Shown: positions 1 to 8,322 of the stretch, piece by piece | Layout: each line of letters starts with the position of its first letter | Position numbering within the stretch: the first letter of the stretch is position 1 | Origin: Deltaproteobacteria bacterium | Lineage (GTDB): Bacteria; Myxococcota_A; UBA796; UBA9615 | Assembly: GCA_029261955.1 (NCBI GenBank) | Contig: JAJDAI010000831.1 | Location: 1-29,110, forward strand | DNA: 29,110 nt | Reading direction: 5' to 3' | The notes under the pieces: generated by a model | What the model saw: the letters and a program-made list of their open reading frames with translations, nothing else | The model's database searches: none | Told to the model about the DNA's origin: nothing | Position numbers and translations under genes: made by a program

Positions 1-2
1 CC

Positions 3-746
3 GGCATGGAAGGCAGCGACATCGGCGGCGCCTTCGCGGCCATCGACAAGGTGCTGCAGCCCATCAAGGACAACCTCGCCCTGGGCTACCGCATCGACTA
101 CGGCGGCCAGTACGAGGACATGGTCGAGGCCTTCATCGCGCTGACCGGCGCGCTGCTGCTCGCCATCCTGCTCGTCTACATGGTGATGGCGTCGCAGTTC
201 GAGGCCTTCGTGCAGCCCCTGGTCATCATGTTCACCCTGCCGCTGGCGATCATCGGCGTGGCGCTCACCCTGCTCGCGACCAGCACACCGGTCAGCGTGG
301 TGACCTTCGTCGGCTTGATCATGTTGGCAGGCATCGTGGTGAACAACGGCATCGTGCTGGTGGACTACATCAACCAGATGCGGCGCGAAGGCATGGACCG
401 GCGCACGGCCATCGTCAAGGGCGGCGCGACCCGCCTGCGCGCGGTGCTGATCACGTCGGGCACGACCATCGCCGGCCTGCTGCCCATGGCGCTCATCGCC
501 GGGCGGGGCAGCGAAATGACGGGCGACATGGCGCTCGTGGTCGCAGGCGGCTTGGCTGCGGCCAGCGTGTTGACGCTGCTGGTGGTGCCGGTGCTCTACG
601 AGTGGTTCGACACGCTGGGAAGCAAGGGCCAGGCCCTGCTCCAGCGGCTGGTGCACAGCGGGGACCTCCAAGAGGACGACCCCGAGCCCGAGATGAACGA
701 AGCGGACGCCGCGTTCGGCGCGCTGCCCGAAGGAAGCCCCTCATGA
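3..746 (+). CDS. RND efflux permease (AcrB/AcrD/AcrF family), C-terminal part; 5' end outside window
   Basis: C-terminal TM set with LAILLVYMVMASQFE, GIVVNNGIVLVDY, RLRAVLIT and GGL..ASVLTLLVVPVLY motifs; frame open to the window edge. Confidence 0.93.
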   Translation, partial: GMEGSDIGGAFAAIDKVLQPIKDNLALGYRIDYGGQYEDMVEAFIALTGALLLAILLVYMVMASQFEAFVQPLVIMFTLPLAIIGVALTLLATSTPVSVVTFVGLIMLAGIVVNNGIVLVDYINQMRREGMDRRTAIVKGGATRLRAVLITSGTTIAGLLPMALIAGRGSEMTGDMALVVAGGLAAASVLTLLVVPVLYEWFDTLGSKGQALLQRLVHSGDLQEDDPEPEMNEADAAFGALPEGSPS

Positions 747-2272
747 AGTGGTTGCTCTTGCTGTTGGTCCCGGCGCTCGCGTCGGCTCAGGAAGCCCCCT
801 CAATGGTGCAGGCGGCGGCATCAGCCCCGTCGCTGCGCCTGGAGGCTGCGCTGCACACCGCGCTGTCGGAGAACAAGAACCTCGTCACAGCCCAGGAGCT
901 GTTGCCGCAGGCCATGGCGAGCCGGGACAAGGCCTGGGCCTTCATCCAGCCGAACATCGACCTGGGCCTGCAGTACCGGGTGAACGACCGCGAGATCGCG
1001 TTCGACATGAGCGAGCTGGGCGATGGCCTCGGGGACGCCTTCGGCGGCATCTACGGGAACCTCGGCTTCATCTACGGGGAGCTGTTCCAGCTCGGCACCA
1101 TCGACGGCGATGACTGCAACAACCTCGCGGAGATCAACGGCTTCGCGGACTGCGCGGAGCTGACGAACGTGTTTCTGGAGGGCGGCGACATCGAGCCCGA
1201 CACCGACACGGACGACGCCGAGCCCACCGTCATCCAGCCGAAGGAGCAGTTCTTCTTCAACGCGCAGGTGAACTGGCCGCTCTCGCCGCGGGTGATCCCC
1301 CTCGCCGTGGCCGGCGAGCGCCAGGTGGACGCGGCGAAGGCGCAGCTCCAGCAGATCAAGGAGCAGGTGGTCTACGGGGTCGTGCAGGCCTACGCCGGCG
1401 CCTACGGAGCGCAGGAGAGCGTGGGGCTGCTGCTGAACCAGGTCGAGCTGGCGGCGGCGCACCACAAGGACACCGACGCGCTCTTCCGCGCGGGCGTGAT
1501 CACGAAGGACGTGCTGCTGCGCGCCCAGGTCGAGGAGCAGAAGATCATCCTGCAGCTCAAGCAGGCGCAGCAGGCTCACCGGACCGCGCGCCGTGGGCTC
1601 GGTCTGCTGATGGGCACGGGGATCGGCGGACACGGGCGGCTCGAGCCGCTGCCCGCCGTCGTCGTGGACACCGGCACGACGGGCGAGGACTGGGCCGAGG
1701 ACGCCATCGAGCACCGGCCCGAGGTGCGGGGCGCGCAGGCGCAGGCGCTGGCGGCAAAGAACATCTCGATCGACGCCGGGCTGCAGTTCCTGCCGACCGT
1801 CGCGTTCAGCGGCAACTACAACTGGACCGACCAGAGCGCCGGCTTCGACGACAAGCAGGGCGCGTGGTGGATCGGGGTCGGCGCGAGCATCCCGGTGTGG
1901 GACGGCGGCATCCGCGTGCACCAGGCGCGCGAGGCGGCGTCGCGGCAGCGGCAGGCCGTCGCCAACGTCGAGGCGCTGCGCCAGCAGGTCGCGGCCGAGG
2001 CCGAGGACGCCTGGGACGCCTGGCTCTCGGCGCAGGACTCGCTGCCTGTGGCCACCCTGGAGCGGGACCTCGCAGCGGAGGCCTTCCGGCTGGCCGAGGT
2101 CCGCTACCGCGCGGGCGCGTCGCGCCAGGTGGAGATCCTGGACGCACGCGCCGTGCTGCAGGGGGCCGAGCTGAGCCTGCTCCAGGCGCGGATCAGCGAG
2201 CGGGTGGCGGGCGTGCGCCTGATGCAGGCGGTCGGTGAGGCGCGGACCTGGGCGAACGGGCTCGGGGGCTGA
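743..2272 (+). CDS. TolC-family outer membrane efflux protein
   Basis: ATGA overlap with RND stop (743-746); signal peptide MKWLLLLLVPALASA; two OEP-like halves (LEAALHTALSENKNL..., RPEVRGAQAQ..., IPVWDGG, AEVRYRAGASRQVEILDARAVL). The track's upstream start at 602 lies inside the RND gene. Confidence 0.92.
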   Translation: MKWLLLLLVPALASAQEAPSMVQAAASAPSLRLEAALHTALSENKNLVTAQELLPQAMASRDKAWAFIQPNIDLGLQYRVNDREIAFDMSELGDGLGDAFGGIYGNLGFIYGELFQLGTIDGDDCNNLAEINGFADCAELTNVFLEGGDIEPDTDTDDAEPTVIQPKEQFFFNAQVNWPLSPRVIPLAVAGERQVDAAKAQLQQIKEQVVYGVVQAYAGAYGAQESVGLLLNQVELAAAHHKDTDALFRAGVITKDVLLRAQVEEQKIILQLKQAQQAHRTARRGLGLLMGTGIGGHGRLEPLPAVVVDTGTTGEDWAEDAIEHRPEVRGAQAQALAAKNISIDAGLQFLPTVAFSGNYNWTDQSAGFDDKQGAWWIGVGASIPVWDGGIRVHQAREAASRQRQAVANVEALRQQVAAEAEDAWDAWLSAQDSLPVATLERDLAAEAFRLAEVRYRAGASRQVEILDARAVLQGAELSLLQARISERVAGVRLMQAVGEARTWANGLGG

Positions 2273-2306
2273 AGCCGGGCGGGTCCATGAGCGCGCGGAC
2301 CTGATC

Positions 2307-2345
2307 TCGATCAATCGACAACTTTGTCCGGTAACACCCCGTAAT
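2307..2345 (+). promoter_or_regulatory. Possible promoter/operator upstream of radical SAM gene 1
   Basis: AT-richer patch in a 116-bp gap; short palindromes TCGAT-CA-ATCGA (2307-2318) and GACAA-CT-TTGTC (2317-2328); AAC-N17-CGTA (2320-2343) resembles ECF-sigma promoter spacing. Confidence 0.2.
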
Positions 2346-2388
2346 GCCGATGGTCGCCTCGCGCAGGGCTTCCTACCCTTCGCGCGTT

Positions 2389-3687
2389 ATGCACATCCAC
2401 TTCGTGTACCCCAGCTGGAAGCGCCCGAGCGAGAGCCACCCCGAGCTCGCGACGGTCAACGCCCACCCCTACATCGGCACGCCGTCCATGTCCGTGGCCG
2501 CGCTCGCCGCGAACACGCCGCCGGGCTGGACCTACTCGTTCCACGACGACCGCGTCGAGCGCATCGAGCCGGGCCCGGGGCCCGACCTCGTGGCCATGCC
2601 CATCTTCACGCCGGCTGCGGACCGCGCCATCGAGCTGGCAGACGGCTACCGCGCCGCGGGCGTGCCGGTCGTCGCGGGCGGCATCTTCACCTCGCTCATG
2701 CCCCACATCATCGCGCCTCACGTGGATGCGCTCTGCATCGGCGAGGGCGAAGGCGTCTGGCCGGTGATGCTGAACGACTTCGCGAACGGTTGCCTGAAGC
2801 CGGTCTACGAGGCGACCGAGCTCTGGGACCTGGCGAAGGCTCCGATCCCGAAGTACGAGCTCTACCTGGACTGGGTCGACGCGGTGCGCGACTCGGGCCT
2901 GGCGATCAACCCCGCCGTCGACTTCCCGCTCCAGCTGAGCCGCGGCTGCCCCATGGGCTGCTCGCACTGCGTCGTGCCCCACTACATGGGCCCGAAGCTG
3001 CGGCTGACGCCGCCGGAGCACATCCGGGCCTGCTTCGAGAAATTCGCGAGCATGGGCGGCCGCCGCGGCGCCACGCTGACCGAGGACACGACGATCCTGC
3101 CGGCCCGCGCCGTGCAGCAGCACCTCGTGGACGTGGCGAAGGCCTGCGAGGACATCGAGACCGAGATCGCCTACATCGGCTCGGGCCCCGAGTTCATCCA
3201 CATGGCGCCGCAGTCCTTTTGGGACTCCATGAGCTCCCTGAACGTGCACATGGTCTACCTGATGTTCGGTTTCGGGCACACGTCGCGCGACTCGACGAGC
3301 ATGAACGCCACCCCGAAGGCCATCGCCCACGCCGTCGAGACCATCAAGATGATCTCGGACCACGGCATGGAGGTGTACGGCTCCTTCTCCATCGGCCACG
3401 ACACCGAGGACGAGTCGGTCGCCGACCGGGTCCTGGAGATCTGCCACAAGGGCGAAGTCGAGGTCGCCGAGTTCGCGGTCGCGACGCCCTACCCCGGCAC
3501 GCGCGCCTGGAAGAAGCTGAGCAAGGAAGGCCGGATGCTCGACCGGCCCTTCGGCGACTTCAACGACGCCAACGTCGTGTTCCAGCCGGCCAACATGACG
3601 CCGGACGCGCTGCAGCAGACCTACCTGAACCTGTGGAAGGACTTCCACGCGGATCGGCCTACGTCGAAGTGGCCGGTGCAGATCTGA
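2389..3687 (+). CDS. Cobalamin-binding (class B-like) radical SAM protein 1
   Basis: N-terminal B12-binding fold (HFVYP..., VVAGGIFTSLMP, LCIGEGE); LSRGCPMGCSHC CxxxCxxC at 2947-2970; YGSFSIGHDTE and ATPYPGT motifs. Start placed at ATG 2389 (track start 2344). Confidence 0.9.
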   Translation: MHIHFVYPSWKRPSESHPELATVNAHPYIGTPSMSVAALAANTPPGWTYSFHDDRVERIEPGPGPDLVAMPIFTPAADRAIELADGYRAAGVPVVAGGIFTSLMPHIIAPHVDALCIGEGEGVWPVMLNDFANGCLKPVYEATELWDLAKAPIPKYELYLDWVDAVRDSGLAINPAVDFPLQLSRGCPMGCSHCVVPHYMGPKLRLTPPEHIRACFEKFASMGGRRGATLTEDTTILPARAVQQHLVDVAKACEDIETEIAYIGSGPEFIHMAPQSFWDSMSSLNVHMVYLMFGFGHTSRDSTSMNATPKAIAHAVETIKMISDHGMEVYGSFSIGHDTEDESVADRVLEICHKGEVEVAEFAVATPYPGTRAWKKLSKEGRMLDRPFGDFNDANVVFQPANMTPDALQQTYLNLWKDFHADRPTSKWPVQI

Positions 3688-3697
3688 GGGACGCCTG

Positions 3698-3725
3698 AGC
3701 GGGGGCCGCTGGTGCGGTCCCCGTT
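3698..3725. terminator. GC-rich hairpin between convergent genes (possible terminator)
   Basis: GGGGGCCGC-TGGT-GCGGTCCCC (3701-3722, one G-U pair), extendable to 3698-3725; no clear U-tract. Confidence 0.35.
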
Positions 3726-3760
3726 GATGGCCTCGGCGGGGGATTCCCGGTGGCGGCCGC

Positions 3761-4471
3761 TCAGGGGGCCGGCGGCCCGAAGCGGAAGTCCGCCGACAGG
3801 CGGCAGTCCCGGGTCCTCGTCGGCAGCCCCTGGTGCAGGGTGTAGACCCCGAAGAGCACGACGTCCCCCGGTTCCAGATCGGCGGTCGCCCAGGAGCCCT
3901 CGGGCACCGGATCCACCCCCTCCTCCGAGCGACGAAGCCCCGAGTGCGGCAGCAGCCCGGCGCGGTGGGATCGGGGCAGGATGGCCAGCGGCCCGCGCTC
4001 CAGGGGGCAGCGCTCCAGCGGCATCCAGGCGGCGACGAGCGGGCTGTCCCCGTCGAAGTAGTGGCGGTCCTGGTGGGGCCGGGTTCGGGCGCCGGTTCCG
4101 CGCACCCGCACGATGTCGCCGCGTCCCATCGTCGGCTCGCCGCCGAGCAGCGCCCGCACGACCGCCTGGAGCGCCGGGTGCCGCCGCAGCGCGTCCATCG
4201 GGGGGCTCGGGTAGACCACGCGCTGGAGCTGGATGTAGTCGGGGTCGTCGTAGTCGGGCGTGGGGCGGGTGAGCCCCTGCTCGTCCAGGCAGCCCAGCTC
4301 GGTGAGGGTCGCACGCACCAGGCTGCAGAGCGCCGCCGTCCTCGCCGGCTGGATGAGGCCCGGCAGGAAGAGGTAGCCGTCCGAGTCGTAGCGCGCCGCG
4401 AGCCGAGCCGGCGCGCCGAGCAGCGCCGTGCTGTCGACGAAGGGGTGGAAGCCGGGCGAGCTCAGGCCCAT
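3761..4471 (-). CDS. Phytanoyl-CoA dioxygenase (PhyH) family Fe(II)/2-oxoglutarate dioxygenase 1
   Basis: DGYLFLPGLI, HQD facial-triad motif, AWMPL, ILPRSH, PGDVVLF..YTLH, RLSADFRF; start overlaps the methyltransferase 3' end by 10 bp. Confidence 0.88.
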   Translation of the reverse strand: MGLSSPGFHPFVDSTALLGAPARLAARYDSDGYLFLPGLIQPARTAALCSLVRATLTELGCLDEQGLTRPTPDYDDPDYIQLQRVVYPSPPMDALRRHPALQAVVRALLGGEPTMGRGDIVRVRGTGARTRPHQDRHYFDGDSPLVAAWMPLERCPLERGPLAILPRSHRAGLLPHSGLRRSEEGVDPVPEGSWATADLEPGDVVLFGVYTLHQGLPTRTRDCRLSADFRFGPPAP

Positions 4472-5226
4472 GCCGTCCACCCCCTCCACCGCTCCGTGCG
4501 CCAGGAGCCCGGGGCGCAGGATGCCGCGACCTCAGCGAGCAGGGCGCGCCGGCGGGGCTCGTCCAGATCGGGGCGCATGGCCTCGGCGACCGGGGGCAGC
4601 GCCAGCCAGGCCGTGTAGGACTCGAAGCTCCAGGTCGTCTGCACGCTCCAGGGCTCGGGCCGCAGACCCACCCCCCGCAGCTGCTCCTCCAAGCCGGCGG
4701 CGTCGGGCAGCGGATCCCCCGCTTGCGGAGCGGTCGGACGACCGGCGACGAAGCGCTGCGCAGGCTCGACGAGGTGGGGGTCCGGCCCCCCGCCCGGCGC
4801 GTCCGGCTCCCCCAGGTAGGCAGCGGGAATGGCGAAGACGAGCGCCCCGCCCTCGGCGAGGCGGGCTCGAAGCTGGTCCAGCGCCTGCTCCAGCGGACCC
4901 AAGAGCCACAGCGATGCGCCGCACACGATCCGGTCGAAGCGTGCTTCGGGCAGGGACGTCAGCCAGGACACCCGGGGGTCGTCCAGCTCGGCAGCCTGCC
5001 GCATGGCGGCGGCGGGCTCCACGCAGCACAGCTCCGCTTCAGCGGGCAGCCGGGCCAGCAAGGCCCGCGCCGTGCCGCCGGTGCCCGCGCCGACGTCGAG
5101 CACGCGGCGGCTGCCCGCCAGGTCGGCGTGCTCCGCCAGCGCCGCGTTCACGGCGTGGTAGCGGTCGAAGCGGGCCCCGAAGTCCTGCCAGGCCTGCACC
5201 GTCTCGGCTCGATCCCAGGCGCTCAC
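4462..5226 (-). CDS. Class I SAM-dependent methyltransferase
   Basis: VLDVGAGTGG motif I, CVEPAAAMR, FDRIVC, LAEGGALVF; GTG start overlaps the radical SAM 2 stop (GTGA, 5223-5226). Confidence 0.88.
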   Translation of the reverse strand: MSAWDRAETVQAWQDFGARFDRYHAVNAALAEHADLAGSRRVLDVGAGTGGTARALLARLPAEAELCCVEPAAAMRQAAELDDPRVSWLTSLPEARFDRIVCGASLWLLGPLEQALDQLRARLAEGGALVFAIPAAYLGEPDAPGGGPDPHLVEPAQRFVAGRPTAPQAGDPLPDAAGLEEQLRGVGLRPEPWSVQTTWSFESYTAWLALPPVAEAMRPDLDEPRRRALLAEVAASCAPGSWRTERWRGWTAWA

Positions 5227-6635
5227 GCGGTCGCTGCCGGGGCGGAGGAGGGCTCCGGCGCGAAGAGCGGATCGCGCAGCAGACCCATGCGGGCGAGGTT
5301 GTGCTCCGCCTTGAAGACGAGGCAGCGCCCGATGGCCGCGCGCGTCTCCTCGTCGTAGCCAAAGAAGTCCAGGCCGAGGTTCGCGTCGTCGACGTAGTGG
5401 CGACGAAAGGCCTCGGGCTCGGCGATCGGCGGCGCCTCGACGTAGTGGCTGTAGGCCTCGTCCAGCCACCAGTCGGTGAAGCCGAAGCGCTCGTGGTGCT
5501 CCTCGTAGAGCGGCGTGCCCGGGAAGGGCACCGCGACACCGAGGGTGCTGAAGGTGTCCACCAGCGGCGCGATCCGCTGCATGAAGGCCAAGGTGTTCGC
5601 CAGCTCGGCCGGGCCCTCCTGCGGAAAGCCGAGCATGAAGTTCGCGGCCGTCTTCAGCCCCGCGTCCCGCGCCATGCGCAGCGCCGCCTCGACCTGGGCC
5701 GTGCTCACGCCCTTCTTGATGAGGCGGAGGATCCGGTCGTCGCCGCTCTCCACCCCGAAGTTCACGTGCACCAGCCCCGCCCGCTTCATCGTCGCCAGCA
5801 GCTCGGGGCTCACCATGGAGGCGCGGGTGATCGCGCTCCAGCGGGGGCGGAACTCCAGCCGTTCAATCCGCGCGCAGAGCGCCTCAAGCCGCTTGCGGTG
5901 GGCCGTGAGCGCGTCGTCCCAGAAGGGGAAGAAGCGCGTGCCGAAGGCGTCGTGGTGGGCCTGGAGCTCGTCGGCGACGTTGTCGTCGGAGCGGTAGCGA
6001 AAGCCCCGGCCGGTCACGTAGTTCGCACAGAAGGTGCACTTCGCCGGGCAGCCACGGCTCGTCAGCAGCCCGCCGGGCACCATCTGCCGGCCGCTCGGCT
6101 CGTACCAGGCGGGGTCGAAGAGGTGCTGGGCACGCTGGGGGAAGGCCAGGGCATCCAGGTCCGCGATGAAGCCGGCCGGCGCGGTGTGCACGGGGCCCGA
6201 GGGGGACGGGAGCACCAGCCCGGGCACCTCGCCCAGGTCGCGCCCGGTGCGGAGCGCCTCGACGAGCTGGACGAGGCTGTGCTCCGCTTCGCCGACGACG
6301 GCCACGTCGAAGCCCTCCCGCAGCGTCTCCTCGGGCCGGACCGTGGTGTGGGCGCCGCCAGCCACCAGCAGGGGCCCCGTGCCGACGAGCCGCCGGACGA
6401 GGCGGTAGGCGTGCCACACCCAGCGCGTGAAGAGCCCCAGCCCGACGACCTGCGGCTGGAAGCGCTCGATGCGCGCGAGGAGCTGGTCCTCGTCTTCATC
6501 GAAGTGGCGGGCGGCGGCGTCGATGACCTCGACCTCGCAACCCGCAGCCAGCAGCGCGGCGGCGACGTACTGCTGGCCCAGCAAGGGCGCCCCAAGCCGT
6601 TCGGGCGACGGGGGATTCAGCAGCAGGACGCGCAT
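5223..6635 (-). CDS. Cobalamin-binding (class B-like) radical SAM protein 2
   Basis: MRVLLLNPP, VAGGAHTT, VAVVGEAE; TSRGCPAKCTFC; PFWDDAL, NFGVESG, NFMLGFPQE, VPFPGTPLY. TTG at 6644 is an alternative start. Confidence 0.92.
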   Translation of the reverse strand: MRVLLLNPPSPERLGAPLLGQQYVAAALLAAGCEVEVIDAAARHFDEDEDQLLARIERFQPQVVGLGLFTRWVWHAYRLVRRLVGTGPLLVAGGAHTTVRPEETLREGFDVAVVGEAEHSLVQLVEALRTGRDLGEVPGLVLPSPSGPVHTAPAGFIADLDALAFPQRAQHLFDPAWYEPSGRQMVPGGLLTSRGCPAKCTFCANYVTGRGFRYRSDDNVADELQAHHDAFGTRFFPFWDDALTAHRKRLEALCARIERLEFRPRWSAITRASMVSPELLATMKRAGLVHVNFGVESGDDRILRLIKKGVSTAQVEAALRMARDAGLKTAANFMLGFPQEGPAELANTLAFMQRIAPLVDTFSTLGVAVPFPGTPLYEEHHERFGFTDWWLDEAYSHYVEAPPIAEPEAFRRHYVDDANLGLDFFGYDEETRAAIGRCLVFKAEHNLARMGLLRDPLFAPEPSSAPAATA

Positions 6636-6667
6636 CGCAGCCAAGGGCTCTCCGGCGGCTAGGGGGT

Positions 6668-6688
6668 CGTCACCGGGGTCCGGTGACG
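6668..6688 (-). terminator. Perfect inverted repeat just downstream of the Tat-protein stop (terminator or mRNA-stabilising stem)
   Basis: CGTCACCGG (6668-6676) / CCGGTGACG (6680-6688), 3-nt loop, 5 nt after the stop at 6694; no U-tract. Confidence 0.4.
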
Positions 6689-6693
6689 CACCA

Positions 6694-7527
6694 CTAGGGC
6701 AGCTCGGTGGGCTCCTGCGGGAGCGACTCGACGGCGCCGCCGCCGGGGATCCGCGTGATGCGCAGGAGGTGGCCGGGGGTCGAGATGTTGTCGCCAGCCA
6801 CGACGGGCCCGACGGGCACGTAGGGGGGCGCGAAGGTGGGCACGGGCCCGCCGCCGAGGATGCCCTCGACCATGGCGTCAGCGCTCCAGTCCTGGACCCT
6901 CTGGCCGACCCGCCAGGCGATGGCGTGCACGAGCGCGACGACCGGGTGTCCGCCCTTGATGGGCCCCTTGTCGAGCACGGACGAGGCCAGGGAGCCGGTC
7001 AGGCCGCTGGTGATCTTCGCGTAGCTGGCCGAGGACTCCGGCTGGAGCAGCACGGCGTCGCCTTCGGTGACGGGGGCCTCGGGCGCGGGCACGGCCGCGA
7101 AGTCGGGAAAGGCGTCCGAGGGGGGCAGGCTCCAGTCTGCAGCCCAGCCTTCCCAGGCTTCGGCCGCGGCCACCGCCAGCAGCGAGGCGCCGTCCTCTTC
7201 GACCCCGTCCGCGATCAGGCCGTCCTCGACGAGCAGCGCGACGTCCACCGGGCTGCTGAGGGAGCCGCCTTCGAGCGTGAGCGAGTTGATCTCCCCGTGG
7301 CCGTACTCGGCCTCGGAGAGCCAGGCGTTCCAGGCACCCGTGATCACGTCGGCCATGGCCTCGGCGTCCGCATCGAGCGCGGGGTTGCCGCGGTTCGGAG
7401 CTCCGTGGCCGTTGCCGCCTCGGGCTGCCGCGCCAGGCCGCGCGATGGCGGTGGCGGCGACGCCAGCGGAGAGGCCGAGGAGCACGTCGCGGCGGTTGGG
7501 GATTCGGTTGGGGTCGTCTTGGCTCAT
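6694..7527 (-). CDS. Hypothetical protein with twin-arginine (Tat) signal peptide
   Basis: NRRDVLLGLSAGVAATAIARPGAAA: RR, hydrophobic core, AxA site; GAGG 6 nt before ATG 7527 (alternative ATG 7533); acidic mature region with WxxW helices and C-terminal GGGPVPTFAPPYVPVGPVVAG. Confidence 0.8.
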   Translation of the reverse strand: MSQDDPNRIPNRRDVLLGLSAGVAATAIARPGAAARGGNGHGAPNRGNPALDADAEAMADVITGAWNAWLSEAEYGHGEINSLTLEGGSLSSPVDVALLVEDGLIADGVEEDGASLLAVAAAEAWEGWAADWSLPPSDAFPDFAAVPAPEAPVTEGDAVLLQPESSASYAKITSGLTGSLASSVLDKGPIKGGHPVVALVHAIAWRVGQRVQDWSADAMVEGILGGGPVPTFAPPYVPVGPVVAGDNISTPGHLLRITRIPGGGAVESLPQEPTELP

Positions 7528-7554
7528 GGTCATCCTCTTCTTGAGGATCGGACC

Positions 7555-8322
7555 TTAGACGACGACGGGGAAGCCTGTCCCCTTCAATCGACCGCCCTCG
7601 TCCAGGGGGAAGTGGACCCGCGAGGCGGGCGCGATCCGCTCGACATCGATGACGCACTCGGCGTCGAAGAGGTGAGCGACGACCGTCCTGCGGGCGCTCC
7701 CGCTTCGGTTCGGGGCGGAGCGGTGCCAGGTCCGCGGCGTGTGCACGCTGAGGTCCCCGGGCTGCAGGACCAGGGCCCCGCGCGAGGCATCCACCTGCGC
7801 GCGCTGCGCCGGGGCGAGGCCGGCGAGGCCGTCCTGGAGCATCGGCTCGCCGTGCAAGGAGTCGACCGGCTCGGGCCAGCGGTGGCTGCCGTCCAGCACC
7901 TCGAGGCCGCCTCGATCCAGGTCCTCGACCCCCAGGGCCAGGCGGACGGAGAGCACCCGGTCCGGCGCCAGGTAGCCCGTGTAGGAGGCGTCGCGATGCC
8001 AGGGCACCTCGCCCCCCATCCCCGCGGGCTTGCCGATGAGCGCGTCCTGCAGCAGGCGCACCTTGGGGGCCTCGAGCAGGGCCGAGGCGATGCGACCCAG
8101 CCGCCCGTCGAGCAGCCAGCGGCGCAGGTCGGCGTGGAGCCGAAAGGCCCCGGGGCGCTGGACGACAGGGGGCAAGCCGGTGGTGCCGATGCAGGCATCG
8201 AAGGCCGCACAGAGCCGGTCGACTTCGGGCTCTGGGACGACCTCTCGGAGCACCGCCCAGCCGTGCTCCAGCAGGTGGACCCGTGCCGCTGTGAGGGCCT
8301 CGTCGCTCGGTGCAGGGCTCAC
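7555..8322 (-). CDS. Phytanoyl-CoA dioxygenase (PhyH) family Fe(II)/2-oxoglutarate dioxygenase 2
   Basis: HGWAVLREVV, VPWHRD, LEVLDGSH, QPGDLSVH..RTWHRSAPNRS..ARR; GTG start overlaps the radical SAM 3 stop (GTGA, 8319-8322). Confidence 0.88.
   Translation of the reverse strand: MSPAPSDEALTAARVHLLEHGWAVLREVVPEPEVDRLCAAFDACIGTTGLPPVVQRPGAFRLHADLRRWLLDGRLGRIASALLEAPKVRLLQDALIGKPAGMGGEVPWHRDASYTGYLAPDRVLSVRLALGVEDLDRGGLEVLDGSHRWPEPVDSLHGEPMLQDGLAGLAPAQRAQVDASRGALVLQPGDLSVHTPRTWHRSAPNRSGSARRTVVAHLFDAECVIDVERIAPASRVHFPLDEGGRLKGTGFPVVV

Noticed and set aside
3761-8322. PhyH-type enzymes as possible halogenases
   Set aside because: Both retain the carboxylate of the HxD triad (HQD, HRD); halogenases have HxA/G.
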